Of a stretch of DNA of 64,000 nucleotides, positions 53,235-64,000 are shown piece after piece (the first letter of the stretch is position 1; each line of letters begins with the position of its first letter). The DNA lies in assembly GCF_001194135.2 (NCBI RefSeq), contig NC_068992.1:45717006-45781005 (forward strand), written 5' to 3'. A program made the position numbers and the translations under genes. The DNA comes from Octopus bimaculoides. Lineage: Eukaryota. The notes beneath the pieces were generated by a model. It had not been told where the DNA came from, ran no database searches, and saw only the letters and a list, made by a program, of their open reading frames with translations.

Positions 53235-53720
53235 TAAAATACGTATTTTACCTGCACTTTCCATAGCCTCCGTAATTCAATAGTTAGGTCCTGGTACATT
53301 GCTATTTTCTCTACACCTCTCCTATTGACATTAACATTATTTAGTCTTGTAAAGTTAAATACCGGGCACTTCCTATTCCTTTTCGTCTACTACTACTAAA
53401 TCAGGCCTCCTACTTCTATTACTCTGTCAGTCTGAATGTTCAAATCCTACGATATCTTACATTTACTTTCTCTTTGTTACTTTATTAGGTTCGTGTTCAT
53501 ACCACTTATCAGTATGCTCAATTCCTAGCTTTCTATATAACTCCAACTGGATTATTATCCCATGTCTTTTATTGTATATTTTCTGTGTCAACATACTATA
53601 TTCACTAACTATGTGTGTAACACTTACATCTTTTGATTTACATTAGCTATACTGGGAATCTACTTAATTTTTGTTTAGCTTGGCTTTTATCCAAGTAGTC
53701 CTATTACAAAAACCTGCAGT
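53235..53720 (-). mobile_element. R4/Dong-clade RLE non-LTR retrotransposon fragment (zinc knuckle plus RLE)
   Basis: Minus strand with frameshifts: RTTWIKAKLNKN*VDSQYS*CKSKDVSVTHIVSEYSMLTQKIYNKRHG...LYRKLGIEHTDKWYEHEPNKV / DLNIQTDRVIE / RPDLVVVDEKE / EKIAMYQDLTIELRRLWKVQVK, the R4 pattern HIVS.C..L....Y..RH...WYEH.P...WD..IQTD.....RPD...EK..KYQDL..E..RLW. Confidence 0.85.
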
Positions 53721-54495
53721 AATCTGTATTTTATAGGTAATTCTAATTAAAATAAATAAATAATAATAACTTTAATTAGAGTGCAGCCCATTATGTAAGA
53801 GCCAGTCACTGTAGAGAAATTAGTAACAGTTTTAGTCCAAGTATGTTTTAGTATGGAATAAAATCAATTGAGATCCATGTTATGGCCTGAGGATTTGCTT
53901 TTAAACAGCTCTCCTGCTATATATTTAGATATTTACCATTGTCTACATTACAAATTGCATTCCTTGATCATAAATCACACAATGTCCAATAGCAATGTGT
54001 CTAAAAATATGCTTAATATAGTTTACTGTTGCAAGAGAAATACTTTGAAGAATCTTTATAATATATTACGTTTTTCTTCGCAGTCTTTCAAAAATGCAAC
54101 ATCTCCATATAGTCTCCCGAAAGTGGTGCATTTTAACTGCAATATATCTGGAACAATGGCAGAATAGACAGAGTAGAGTAGCAGAATAGTGAAGCAGAAG
54201 TAGAGATTGGCTGCAAGGCATGTCCTATAGAATCCAAGACAAAATGCAAAATACAAGCTACGAGAATAAAAAATGTGTCTGGGTAACGGAGATTGAAAAA
54301 AATGTGTTAAAGTAGTTTGTTTTTTCTTCTATTGGCAAAATCGCGAAAACACTCTCGTATACATGCTCATAAGAAGATTTCATATTTCTATCTATCTTTC
54401 TCTCTCACTGTCTCTCTCCCACGCTCTCTCTCATGCCCACAGGCAATGATACATACAGAGCATCCAAACACATACATCAACCTGTTATGTATGCA

Positions 54496-54531
<36 letters not shown>

Positions 54532-54629
54532 TATATATTTATATTCGTATAAATACAAGATATTAGGCAGACATATGCATGGCATTTGTAAAGAAATAGT
54601 ATATTTGTATAGAACGAACACGATTATAT

Positions 54630-54683
<54 letters not shown>

Positions 54684-54720
54684 TTATAAATAAAATGTTC
54701 TATGGATCTAGAAGTTTTAT

Positions 54721-55140
54721 TTTTTACTTGTCAGTCATTGGACTACGGCCATACACCGCCTTGAAAGTTTTTAATCGTACGAATCGACCCCAGTACTTAT
54801 ATTTTTAAAGCATGGCATTTACACTACTGGCCTCTTTTGCCAAACCGCTAAGTGACGTAGATATAAACAAACATAAGTATATCGTTTTTTTTTCTTTCCC
54901 CTCTAGTCACAAGGTCCTAAATTTTGGGGAAGGGGACCAGTCGATTAGATCGACCCCAGTACGCTATTGGTACTTAATTTATCGACCTCGATAGGATGAA
55001 AGCAAAGTCGACCTCGGCGGAATAATATGTATACGAGGAGCTTCTTGCAGTTTCCCTCAACTAAATCCATTCACAAAGTTTAGGTCGGCCTGGAGCTGTA
55101 ACAGGAGACACTTATCCAAAGTGCCACTCGGTGAGACAAG
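54721..55140 (-). mobile_element. SINE family C (antisense), interrupted by a family A fragment
   Basis: 3' half at 54721-54880; head/CORE part at 55026-55140 (gcactttggataagtgtctcc...gccgacc..tttgtgaatggattt..ggaaactgcaagaagc on -). Confidence 0.75.
54905..55023 (-). mobile_element. SINE family A, 3' half nested in the family C copy
   Basis: cacaagg..aaattttgggga.ggggaccagtcgattagatcgaccccag..ggtacttaatttatcgacc..gtcgacctcggcggaat matches 13485-13600. Confidence 0.85.
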
Positions 55141-55195
55141 CACTCTTCTTGTTTATCCCTGAACCCCTTATCTCATATACATACATGTGTGTGTG

Positions 55196-55275
<80 letters not shown>
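55196..55275. repeat. (GT)n microsatellite
   Basis: Read directly. Confidence 0.97.
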
Positions 55276-55279
<4 letters not shown>

Positions 55280-55292
55280 CGCGCGCGTGTTT

Positions 55293-55515
55293 AGAAGAAC
55301 TCCGTCGGTTACGACGACGAGACTCCCAGCTGATAATATCAACGGAAGAGCCTGCTCGTGAAATTAACGTGCAAATGGTTGAGCATTTCCCGTATACGTG
55401 TACCCTTAACGCAGTTCTCAGGGAGATTCAACGTGACACAGAGTGCGAAAAGGCTGTCCCTTTGAAATACAGGTACTGCTCATTTTTGCCAGCTGAGTGG
55501 ACTGGAGCAACGTGA
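55293..55515 (-). mobile_element. SINE family D, body (antisense)
   Basis: gtcggttacgacgacgag..gcctgctcgtgaaattaacgtgcaaatgg..gtgtacccttaacg.agttctcagggag is the reverse complement of 58460-58620. Confidence 0.85.
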
Positions 55516-57385
55516 TGAAACCAAATTAGATATGACTCGTGATTTAATTTAATCACCATGAATTCTTTAAGATATTTAACATTTTCTTTAGTAAGCAGTA
55601 GAATATGAAGAGCCCAGCGACGGCGTCATGTTTTGTGGAAAATAATCAGTTAAAGAGAAGAATTAATAGTTTTACTGCGATGAAGAAGAATATTTTGACG
55701 TTTCTGTTGGCACCGACTAAATAGTTCGTTACATCAGAAAACACATGTCTTTGTTACATATACTGTATGAAATCTAAAAACTTTCCCCTTCATAACTGTA
55801 AATGAAATCATTACTTTGGTTTATGGTGTCTTTTGTGAAAGCATTTCTATCGTAAGAAATAATTGATATGATTTTATGAAAGTTGTTTCTTGCAACAGGT
55901 GATATTTTTCAGTCAAAACAATTTCAAATTTCTGCACGAAAACAATCTTATAAGCCGTGTTTCAACATGTTAATCCTGGAAACAATTAAACTAATAACTA
56001 ACAAAGCTTTCCAACGTGTGAGAATGTGCTAGAAGTGAATCAAACAGATCCATCGTCAATTAGGCAACAGTTGCAATTATATAAAGAGCATATCGTTAGT
56101 ATAGTGCAGTTTCTTTCATTCACTTGTCACCAAACACAGTATCACAAGCGTTAAAGTATTGCTCTCCGTTAAAAAAAAGACACTGAAAAATAGTTATTTT
56201 TTAAAGTCTCAAGAAAATATTTATTCTAAATTCTTCAAGAATTGTGTTATGAGGTTTAATATTTAGGTTTTATCGTCTTAGAACGGAATTGTGTTATATG
56301 TTTATATGAAAATAAAATAATTGTCATACAATTATTTTTTTTCCTTCATGAATATTTTAACAATCATTACCAATATTATTTCCGTTAATTCTAATCTTAT
56401 TTTCACTATTTCGATTCTCTCTACATTGTATTTCACGTATTCAAAACAGTCTTTTTTATAATTTTATATTATGTACTTCACTTCTGCTACTAGATACTTA
56501 TTCTCTAACACAATTAAGATCCAAATTATATTCTCTTTCTTTTTGTGGTTCATATATTATTATTCTCTTCATTCAGTTGCCGAATTTAAACTTTTTCTAT
56601 CCTGTATCCTATTACTTGCGTTTGTTTCCATTCAAAAGTGCTTATGATAAATATTTTATTTTAAAATCTCCGTAGTTCACCGTCTGAGTTTCTATTGATG
56701 GTGACTTTCTAAGCTATATATATAAAACATGCTGCATAATAGTCTAAATGCGTATATATTACAATAAATTCTCACACAAATAAAGATACTTTATATTTTA
56801 TTTCATTCTATTTCACAGGTGGTGGCCACTTAGACTATTTACATCTTGTTATTTCATACTGACTTCATTAAAGCAAATTGATGGACATTCAAACGGCTTC
56901 CTATTTCAAAGTTTAACTTTGAATAACAATGCTAATTCTCTTCATATCATCGTAAAATCTACAACCAAATGGTTGTAGATTTTGTTATCAATTATATCAA
57001 TTATCAATTATATGAAAAAGAAATTTTATGGATAATATACACTGTCTACATTTCACTTTAACTTCTCTTTGTGTGTCTATTTATCTTTCTATTTGTCGAT
57101 CTATTTATAGGTATGTATATGTTAATGCTTGTTTCTCTTTGCAATTATACATAAAAGAAATTTAACTTTAAATTAAAAGAGTACGCAATAAAGGATAATA
57201 TTCATTAACTCTTACAAGTTTGACAATAACTTCGAAGTTTCGGTTCGCTTGCCGTCAACAAACAGTTTGTATGCTTGCATGCATGTACGTATGTAATGGA
57301 AGTTAATGATTCATTCTCTCTCTCTCCAAAGCTACTTTATTGGATCTACGAAGGTGCATTGACTGCCCATTGTATATCCAAATGC

Positions 57386-57424
<39 letters not shown>

Positions 57425-58294
57425 TATTCAGATTCTGTTCGCTCTAACACTGCCAGCATCACCTAAGGTTGGAATTCTATACTATACACCCATTGTGCAA
57501 ATTAGTCTCACGACATATATACACGATTGTTACGCAACTACTGCCTTGATCTCGTTTGTCAATATAATATTATCCCGACACAAATGACGAAAGTAAAAGA
57601 ACCTCATCACCACCACCACCACCACCACCATAACCTTCAGACAGTACCTGACTTAATTTCTCTTAGAAACACCCTGTTACTCCCTATTTAAATTGACTTT
57701 AATGTCACAATGCACAAAAGACAACAGCAAGTGGTGTTATTGGATTAGAAATGAATGGCATCGACCACAAGTGGACGAGACATATCTAATTTCACCATAT
57801 AAACGTCATTAAAGACTAAATCGCGCGCTCGCGCCCGTGTGTGTGTTTGTGCGCGCTCGCACGCATGCATGAGGTGCGTGCGTATGTTGGTCGACACTGA
57901 TGATATTTCTCAATTACAGGGAGTACTTAGTATTTTAGTATACAAAATGCTTTTAGCCAACAATAGTAACGAACAGCTCCTTCAGTGGATAAAAACATAT
58001 TATTTTCCAGAAATCTGGTACAATAAAAATGGCTCTAATGCACGGCTTTTGGTTAGGTGATAATCTTAATAATAAATTAATAAATGAACTAAAGTGGAAG
58101 GAAACTGATCATCATATGAATGAAAGGGTACTTCTCACAAAAGCACATTAAAAATAGGCAGTAACATTCATATATAGTCAGACATATCTACTCATTTGAT
58201 TATTCACATGAACACACGTCACTTGATAACGATACGTATACACATAGTCCGAAGAAGAATATGTGTGTATGTGTGTGCATGTGTGTGTGTGTGT

Positions 58295-58351
58295 TTTATC
58301 TTTTACTTGTTTCAGTCTTTTGATTGCAGCCAGGCTGGGGCACAGCCTTGA
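58295..58351 (-). mobile_element. SINE family C, 3' terminal fragment
   Basis: ttttacttgtttcagtc.tttgattgcagcca.gctggggcac.gcc matches 27405-27450. Confidence 0.7.
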
Positions 58352-58621
58352 AGGGCAGCGGACTCGCGGTCGTAGGATCGCGGTTTTGATTCCTAGACCG
58401 GGCGTTGTGAGTGTTTATTGAGCGAAAACACTCTTTCTTCCTGTTCCTGTTGTACGTGTAATTCAAGGAGCCAGCCTTGTCACACTGTGTCACGCTGAAA
58501 CTCCCTGAGAACTACGTTAAGGGTACACGTGTCTGTGGAGTGCCCAGCCATTTGCACGTTAATTTCACGAGTAGGCTGTCCCGTTGATTGGATCAACTGG
58601 AACCCTCGTCGTCGTAACCGA
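58352..58621 (+). mobile_element. SINE family D with tRNA-like head
   Basis: Head gggcagcggactcgcggtcgtaggatcgcggttttgattcctagacc (B-box-like GGTTTTGATTCC); the body matches the other two D copies. Confidence 0.82.
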
Positions 58622-58733
58622 TATATATATATACACATACACTCTCGAAAAGGTTAGATATATACTTATGTGTGTGCGCACGCATGCTACCTGCGCGTAG
58701 TGTGGCGGAAATGAGATGAATAGAACACAAACC

Positions 58734-58734
<1 letters not shown>

Positions 58735-58820
<86 letters not shown>

Positions 58821-58830
58821 AAGAAGAAGA
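58735..58830. repeat. (AAT)n(AAG)n compound microsatellite
   Basis: Read directly. Confidence 0.97.
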
Positions 58831-59651
58831 AAATAAATTGGAAATTCTCTGAAGAGATCATCAGAGCTATTTTAAGTACGCGAGTCCCAATAATATGAAT
58901 GAAATCTGAGATAAAAATAGTGATACAGTTTAATTGAAAACAGTTGGGTGCGAAAAAAAAACAGAAACAGAAATGGACAAACATCACATAAAAACAACAA
59001 AAAACACAAGTAAAACGTCAACAATGAAAAGACTAATACAATGACTTGAAGAAAACTAACGAAGAACCAAAAAAAAGCGTCAAAATTAAATACAATATGT
59101 ACATAATATATATCAATATGTGTGAGTGTATACATATGTATGTATATGTATATATATATATATGTGTGTGAGTGTATACATATGTATGTATATATATATA
59201 TANNNNNNNNNNNNNNNNNNNNNNNNNNNNNNNNNNNNNNNNNNNNNNNNNNNNNNNNNNNNNNNNNNNNNNNNNNNNNNNNNNNNNNNNNNNNNNNNNN
59301 NNNNNNNNNNNNNNNNNNNNNNNNNNNNNNNNNNNNNNNNNNNNNNNNNNNNNNNNNNNNNNNNNNNNNNNNNNNNNNNNNNNNNNNNNNNNNNNNNNNN
59401 NNNNNNNNNNNNNNNNNNNNNNNNNNNNTATATATATATGCAACATGAAATAATAGAAATATAAAATGATTCAAAGAAGACATACAACTAAGTATACAAC
59501 CTTAAAAAATGTTCTGTAAACAACAATATCCTGTATTAATTCACAATAGTGATATAAAGATAGCTATGAAATATTCATGACGCAAACAACGTTCTATATA
59601 TACATACACAGACAAACACATACACACACACATATTTGTATATACAGACAG

Positions 59652-59683
<32 letters not shown>

Positions 59684-60025
59684 GTATATATGCATGCTTG
59701 CGTGTGAGAGTATATGGGTGTGTTTACATACATTCCCACACTCCTGCGCGCACATTTATGAGTGTGTGTCCGTGTGTGCACATATATGAGTATAAATTGA
59801 AAATATATCCCCAAAATGAATATATTAGCGTTTCAAGTGGATGTGACTCTGCATTTAATATTTGATTAAGTAGATATATTGATATTTGTCACGTGCGTAA
59901 GTATGTATGTATGTGTATATATATANNNNNNNNNNNNNNNNNNNNNNNNNNNNNNNNNNNNNNNNNNNNNNNNNNNNNNNNNNNNNNNNNNNNNNNNNNN
60001 NNNNNNNNNNNNNNNNNNNNNNNNN

Positions 60026-60073
<48 letters not shown>

Positions 60074-60482
60074 ACGTGGGATCGAATTTGGATGTATGGA
60101 TGACCGAACATGTCGATATTATTTAAAATTAAAGGTGATGTTAGGGCATTGTATGGCTATGCTGATGGCAAGGGTGATCTATGTGAGGGTGTTGATATCA
60201 CTGGGTTTTAGAGATTATTGTATGTAGTTGTTATCGTCATGAAAATGTTTGTTTGTGTTGTTGTTGTGCTGTGTTAAAGGCGGTCATTACAGATAAGCTC
60301 TTACTACCGTCACATAACATTCCTTGCATTCTTATAACATTTGAATTTGGAAGTCGCTTTCTAATTATTCATTCTTATGCTCACACTTGAATCCTATTTC
60401 TAAATGTATTTTAAACATTTTGGTTAGCATAAAAATGCACTTCTTATCTTTGTCTAAGCTGCATCGTATTGAGCCACTGACT

Positions 60483-60543
60483 TATATTGCAGTCTTAACA
60501 GGTATAATGTCTGTCTTAACAGGTATATTGCAGTCTTAACAGG
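60483..60543 (+). repeat. Three-copy 20-21-bp tandem repeat (tatattgcagtcttaacagg)
   Basis: Copies 1 and 3 are identical; copy 2 is a variant. Confidence 0.9.
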
Positions 60544-61234
60544 AATAATATCAGCACACGTTTATCTTTCGATCTGAGCGAGTGAAAATGCTGTGTGTTA
60601 CTTGATTTAAATGTATTCACTACGTTTCTTATACAGTTATTTTGTGTATGATATAAGATATGCATGCACCTTTTACGGCAATATTCATTTAGTGAATTTC
60701 TTCAGTTGCAGTCTAGTTCTTGTTACTGTTTTTGTGGTGAAATATTCTGGCAATGAATTTTTTCGCTGAAATTATGGCTAACTTTGTAACTAATGAAAAA
60801 GACATGCAAATACACTGCGTAAGATTCTAAACGCTTCGCGTTCTATTTGTGCAATCGCTGAATTTTTTTCATCTCATTTTGAAAATATCTGCGCACATTT
60901 TTCCCGTTCTAAATTATAAAATGTGTACGTGCGCAGAAGTGCACGAATAGAAAGAATACTGCGATAGCTACTCTGCAAGTGTTCAAAACTGCTGCTGTAG
61001 TATTTGGCAGTAATCAATTTTTTTGAATGCCTACTGTTATTGTTTCCTTTTCTTTTTCAAATCGTTCGTTTAATGAATTTCTCTTGAATCTCGTTTGTCG
61101 TCGCAATGTGATGATAGCGGTGTTGATGTTGAAGGAGTTCGTGTTATTGTTGTCGTTGTCCTTGTTGTTGTTGATAGTGGCGATGATGATGGTCGTACTG
61201 GTGGTTAGTGATCCACTTCGCATATTTTACTGGT

Positions 61235-61815
61235 CTTGTTTTCATGCATTACGACTATTAGGAAGGTGTTTGCGACGTCGTCTGCCCGCTCGTTCGTGGC
61301 TGATAAAGCCGATGTGGGATCAACATATACGATTGCAGTGATGACAGGAGTATGATTGTTCAGGATTTGATGTTTTTGCGCCTCTGACCTTTGTCCTTTG
61401 TCTTCAAGAGAGGCAATGCGAGAGATCTCAAAGGAGGAAACAACATCACTGACAGTATGACGCCAAGGGATGCGGTCGGCTGTTAAAATGAACTACTCAC
61501 GCTAATCAATGACACAAACGCTAAGGGACTGCTTTAAGCAGTCCTCATAAGGCTTCCTTCCTACCCTCTGTTGCGATGGCCGGTGGTGAGCTCACCGTAA
61601 ATGATGATCTTGGGTAGGCAGTGGTCTTTCATCCTGTTAACGTGCCCTGCTCAACACAGTCGAGTCTTAAATAAAATGGCTTCCAGGCTGATGACCTTTG
61701 CTCGCTCGAGGATCTTAGTGTTGGTGATGTAGTCGCTCCAGTAAATGTTGTGGATGGTACGGAGGCAGCTTTGGTGTAAACGTTCGAGGTGAAGGCAGTA
61801 GGTGACCATACACAA
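61235..61815 (-). mobile_element. RTE-clade (BovB-like) LINE, 3' end with C-terminal zinc-finger
   Basis: Minus strand: HLERLHQSCLRTIHNIYWSDYITNTKILERAKVISLEAILFKTRLC*AGHVNRMKDHCLPKIIIYGELTTGHRNRG / KPYEDCLKQSL...DRIPWRHTV..FE.SRIASLEDK / YSCHHCNRIC*SHIGFISHER, the diagnostic RTE ORF C-terminus. Confidence 0.9.
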
Positions 61816-64000
61816 ATAACGAGGGATAAAAGACAATGTTACAATATTTCTTCGTTACAATAAAATGCGTAATTGAAGAAAATAAGTTTTAAATTTGCTG
61901 CATATTTTTCACCAATAATATACAATAAATGTTTTGAATATTTTGATTCAAGAATTTGTCATTTTTCTTGTAGTAAATATGCTCTATTTGGAATCAGTTC
62001 AAACATTAGTTGACTGTATTCGTGCCGAGTTTGGCATCGAATTCTCTCCATTTTCCCGTTTCGTTTTGCAGATAGTTGTCTCTATTTTGAGTTTCAATTC
62101 GATATAATTAAAACTCTAATCATGCATTTGTTCTGAAGGCAGCTATTATATCTGCAATCCTTCTTCAAATGATATGCTGTTGTTGTTGTTTCTAATAATT
62201 TTACTTCGAGTAATTGATTACTTTTTATTGAATGTCTTCAGTATAGTGTTGAAAGTTAAAACCAGTTGCAGACTGAGAAACTCCAAATATAGAGACTGGT
62301 CTGGCTAAAAGCAGATCACTTTACAACACACACACTCTCTCTCTCTTTCTCTCTCTCTCTCCTCTCTCTCATGCTGTAGCCTCAGCCAGCGTAAGAAACT
62401 AATTGTTGGATATTAGTAGCAGCATTTGAGAGCATTGCGTATTTTTTACAGTTTATTTCTTTGTAATTTAATCTGACATAAAGCATCGATACTTTGACAA
62501 ATAGAAATATTACAAAATAGCAACATTTACAGAGATAAATACACGATAGACGACAAAGAAAAACAAATCTAAAAAGTATTTTACCTTTAATGGCGATTCA
62601 TTGGACAGGAAAATGTCCTACCTAAACAAATTTGGAGCCGAATAAATTTAGATTTTTCATGAATCAAAATACTTTTATTGTTCATGTTTTTCACTCATAT
62701 GATTCCATTATTTTTCATGGACATTGTTACTATTAACATTGTTGTTTGCTGTGGTCATTGCGTTTCACAAATATCCGATTGGCAAATATTTTCTTCTGAG
62801 ATTTCTTCATGCACATTGATTTTCTTCTTTTTTAACCAAAAATGGTTCGGAATATTGACATTTCCACCATATTACCTGGGTTGGAAAGAACGCTTCATCA
62901 AAACATTGTTTTTATATAAATACATTCTTTGTATATTATATCCCACCGTCATTTGTATTGCATATTCGTGATCCCAAATGGACTAGAATATAGCGGCGGG
63001 AGGAGTCGTAACTGCAATGTTTGTAACAGTAAATTCACTCCACAAATTACGTTTCACTGATCATTGAAGTAACAGACTGATGTGCCGATCACAGCACTAT
63101 AAACTTATTTCGAAGTAAAACTATCTTCGAATGGACAAAGTTTTTGTACAGCATCGTGGCTATCACTTGCATCATTCTTACGGTATGATAGATCTGAACA
63201 AAGCCCTAGGAATTAGCAGCCATCAGTTTAATTAATTCCAAATAGCTCTTATCTAAATAAAGTACAATATCATTGAGTTTTTTTCCCCGCCAGCCTTATC
63301 AAACTTGTTTATCCCTATGAGCAATCATTCAACGTTGGTGATTCTTTAACCATGAACCAAGTTCCACTGTACAATTAGAACTCAGCATTGCTCGCGTATA
63401 GAACATTCGTGAATGTCTATAGTGCTGCTGCCAACTATCCGTTCAAGTGACTCTTGCCTACTGAGATAGACTCATCCATAGGACGTTTTTAACGATGGAC
63501 CTGTTGGTTTAGAAAATGTATGGCGTTATTGTTGCTGTTTTGTATATCCAAGTAATTCTTAACTGGACAAAATTATGATCAAAGCGTTCCAGCCAGGGCA
63601 ATGCTAAGAACTACCTTATCTAATATGCTCTTCACTCTTTTGAGAACATGGTGTAATAAACAGTACATTCTATTCTCATGTCTATAATATCTCCTTAGAT
63701 TTTTGGAAGTTACATCACTCAGTATCATGGTACGCAGGAATTTTTGGTTCTATTACCTATTTCTAAAATAATGGCTTTTAGGAAAGTTTTTCACATCCCA
63801 GATAATCTCAAGTTCAACAATATGACAAAAATAGCGAACACTCGCATAAATAACCTATATCATAAAAATTGCGAATTTTATAACCTTCCAATAAAATATT
63901 TATGAAATTCAACTGAATTTCCCGAGACACATTTTGAACAATATTAATTTCTAGATCAGCTGTCTACAAAATTGCATCTATCTATCAATCTATCTATTTA

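Noticed and set aside
60483-60543. Short direct repeats as a CRISPR-like array
   Set aside because: No unique spacers, eukaryotic context, and no cas genes

Overview
Repeat-dense, AT-rich eukaryotic genomic DNA from a gapped short-read assembly with 12 N-gaps, most of them flanked by microsatellites. The SINE families and the microsatellite load look like an octopus (coleoid cephalopod) genome; this is an inference from recognising the repeats, not a database result. I cannot support any host protein-coding gene. Almost every ORF in the supplied track is a microsatellite, low-complexity or N-gap artefact, so the window reads as intergenic or as one very large intron. What can be supported: (i) about 20 copies or fragments of three tRNA-derived SINE families; (ii) decayed retroelement fragments from five lineages (HERO-like and R4/Dong-like RLE LINEs, RTE/BovB-like, CR1/L2-like, and a Penelope GIY-YIG end); (iii) a Tc1/mariner-type remnant; (iv) a 225-bp MITE-like foldback; (v) a three-arm inverted cluster built around a 72-nt tRNA-like head; (vi) a degenerate minimal hammerhead-ribozyme-like motif; (vii) perfect palindromes and gap-flanking duplications that are probably assembly artefacts. 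I found no convincing new multi-gene system. The best leads are the hammerhead-like motif, the tRNA-headed inverted cluster, and the closely spaced inverted SINE pair as a possible dsRNA/ADAR substrate.
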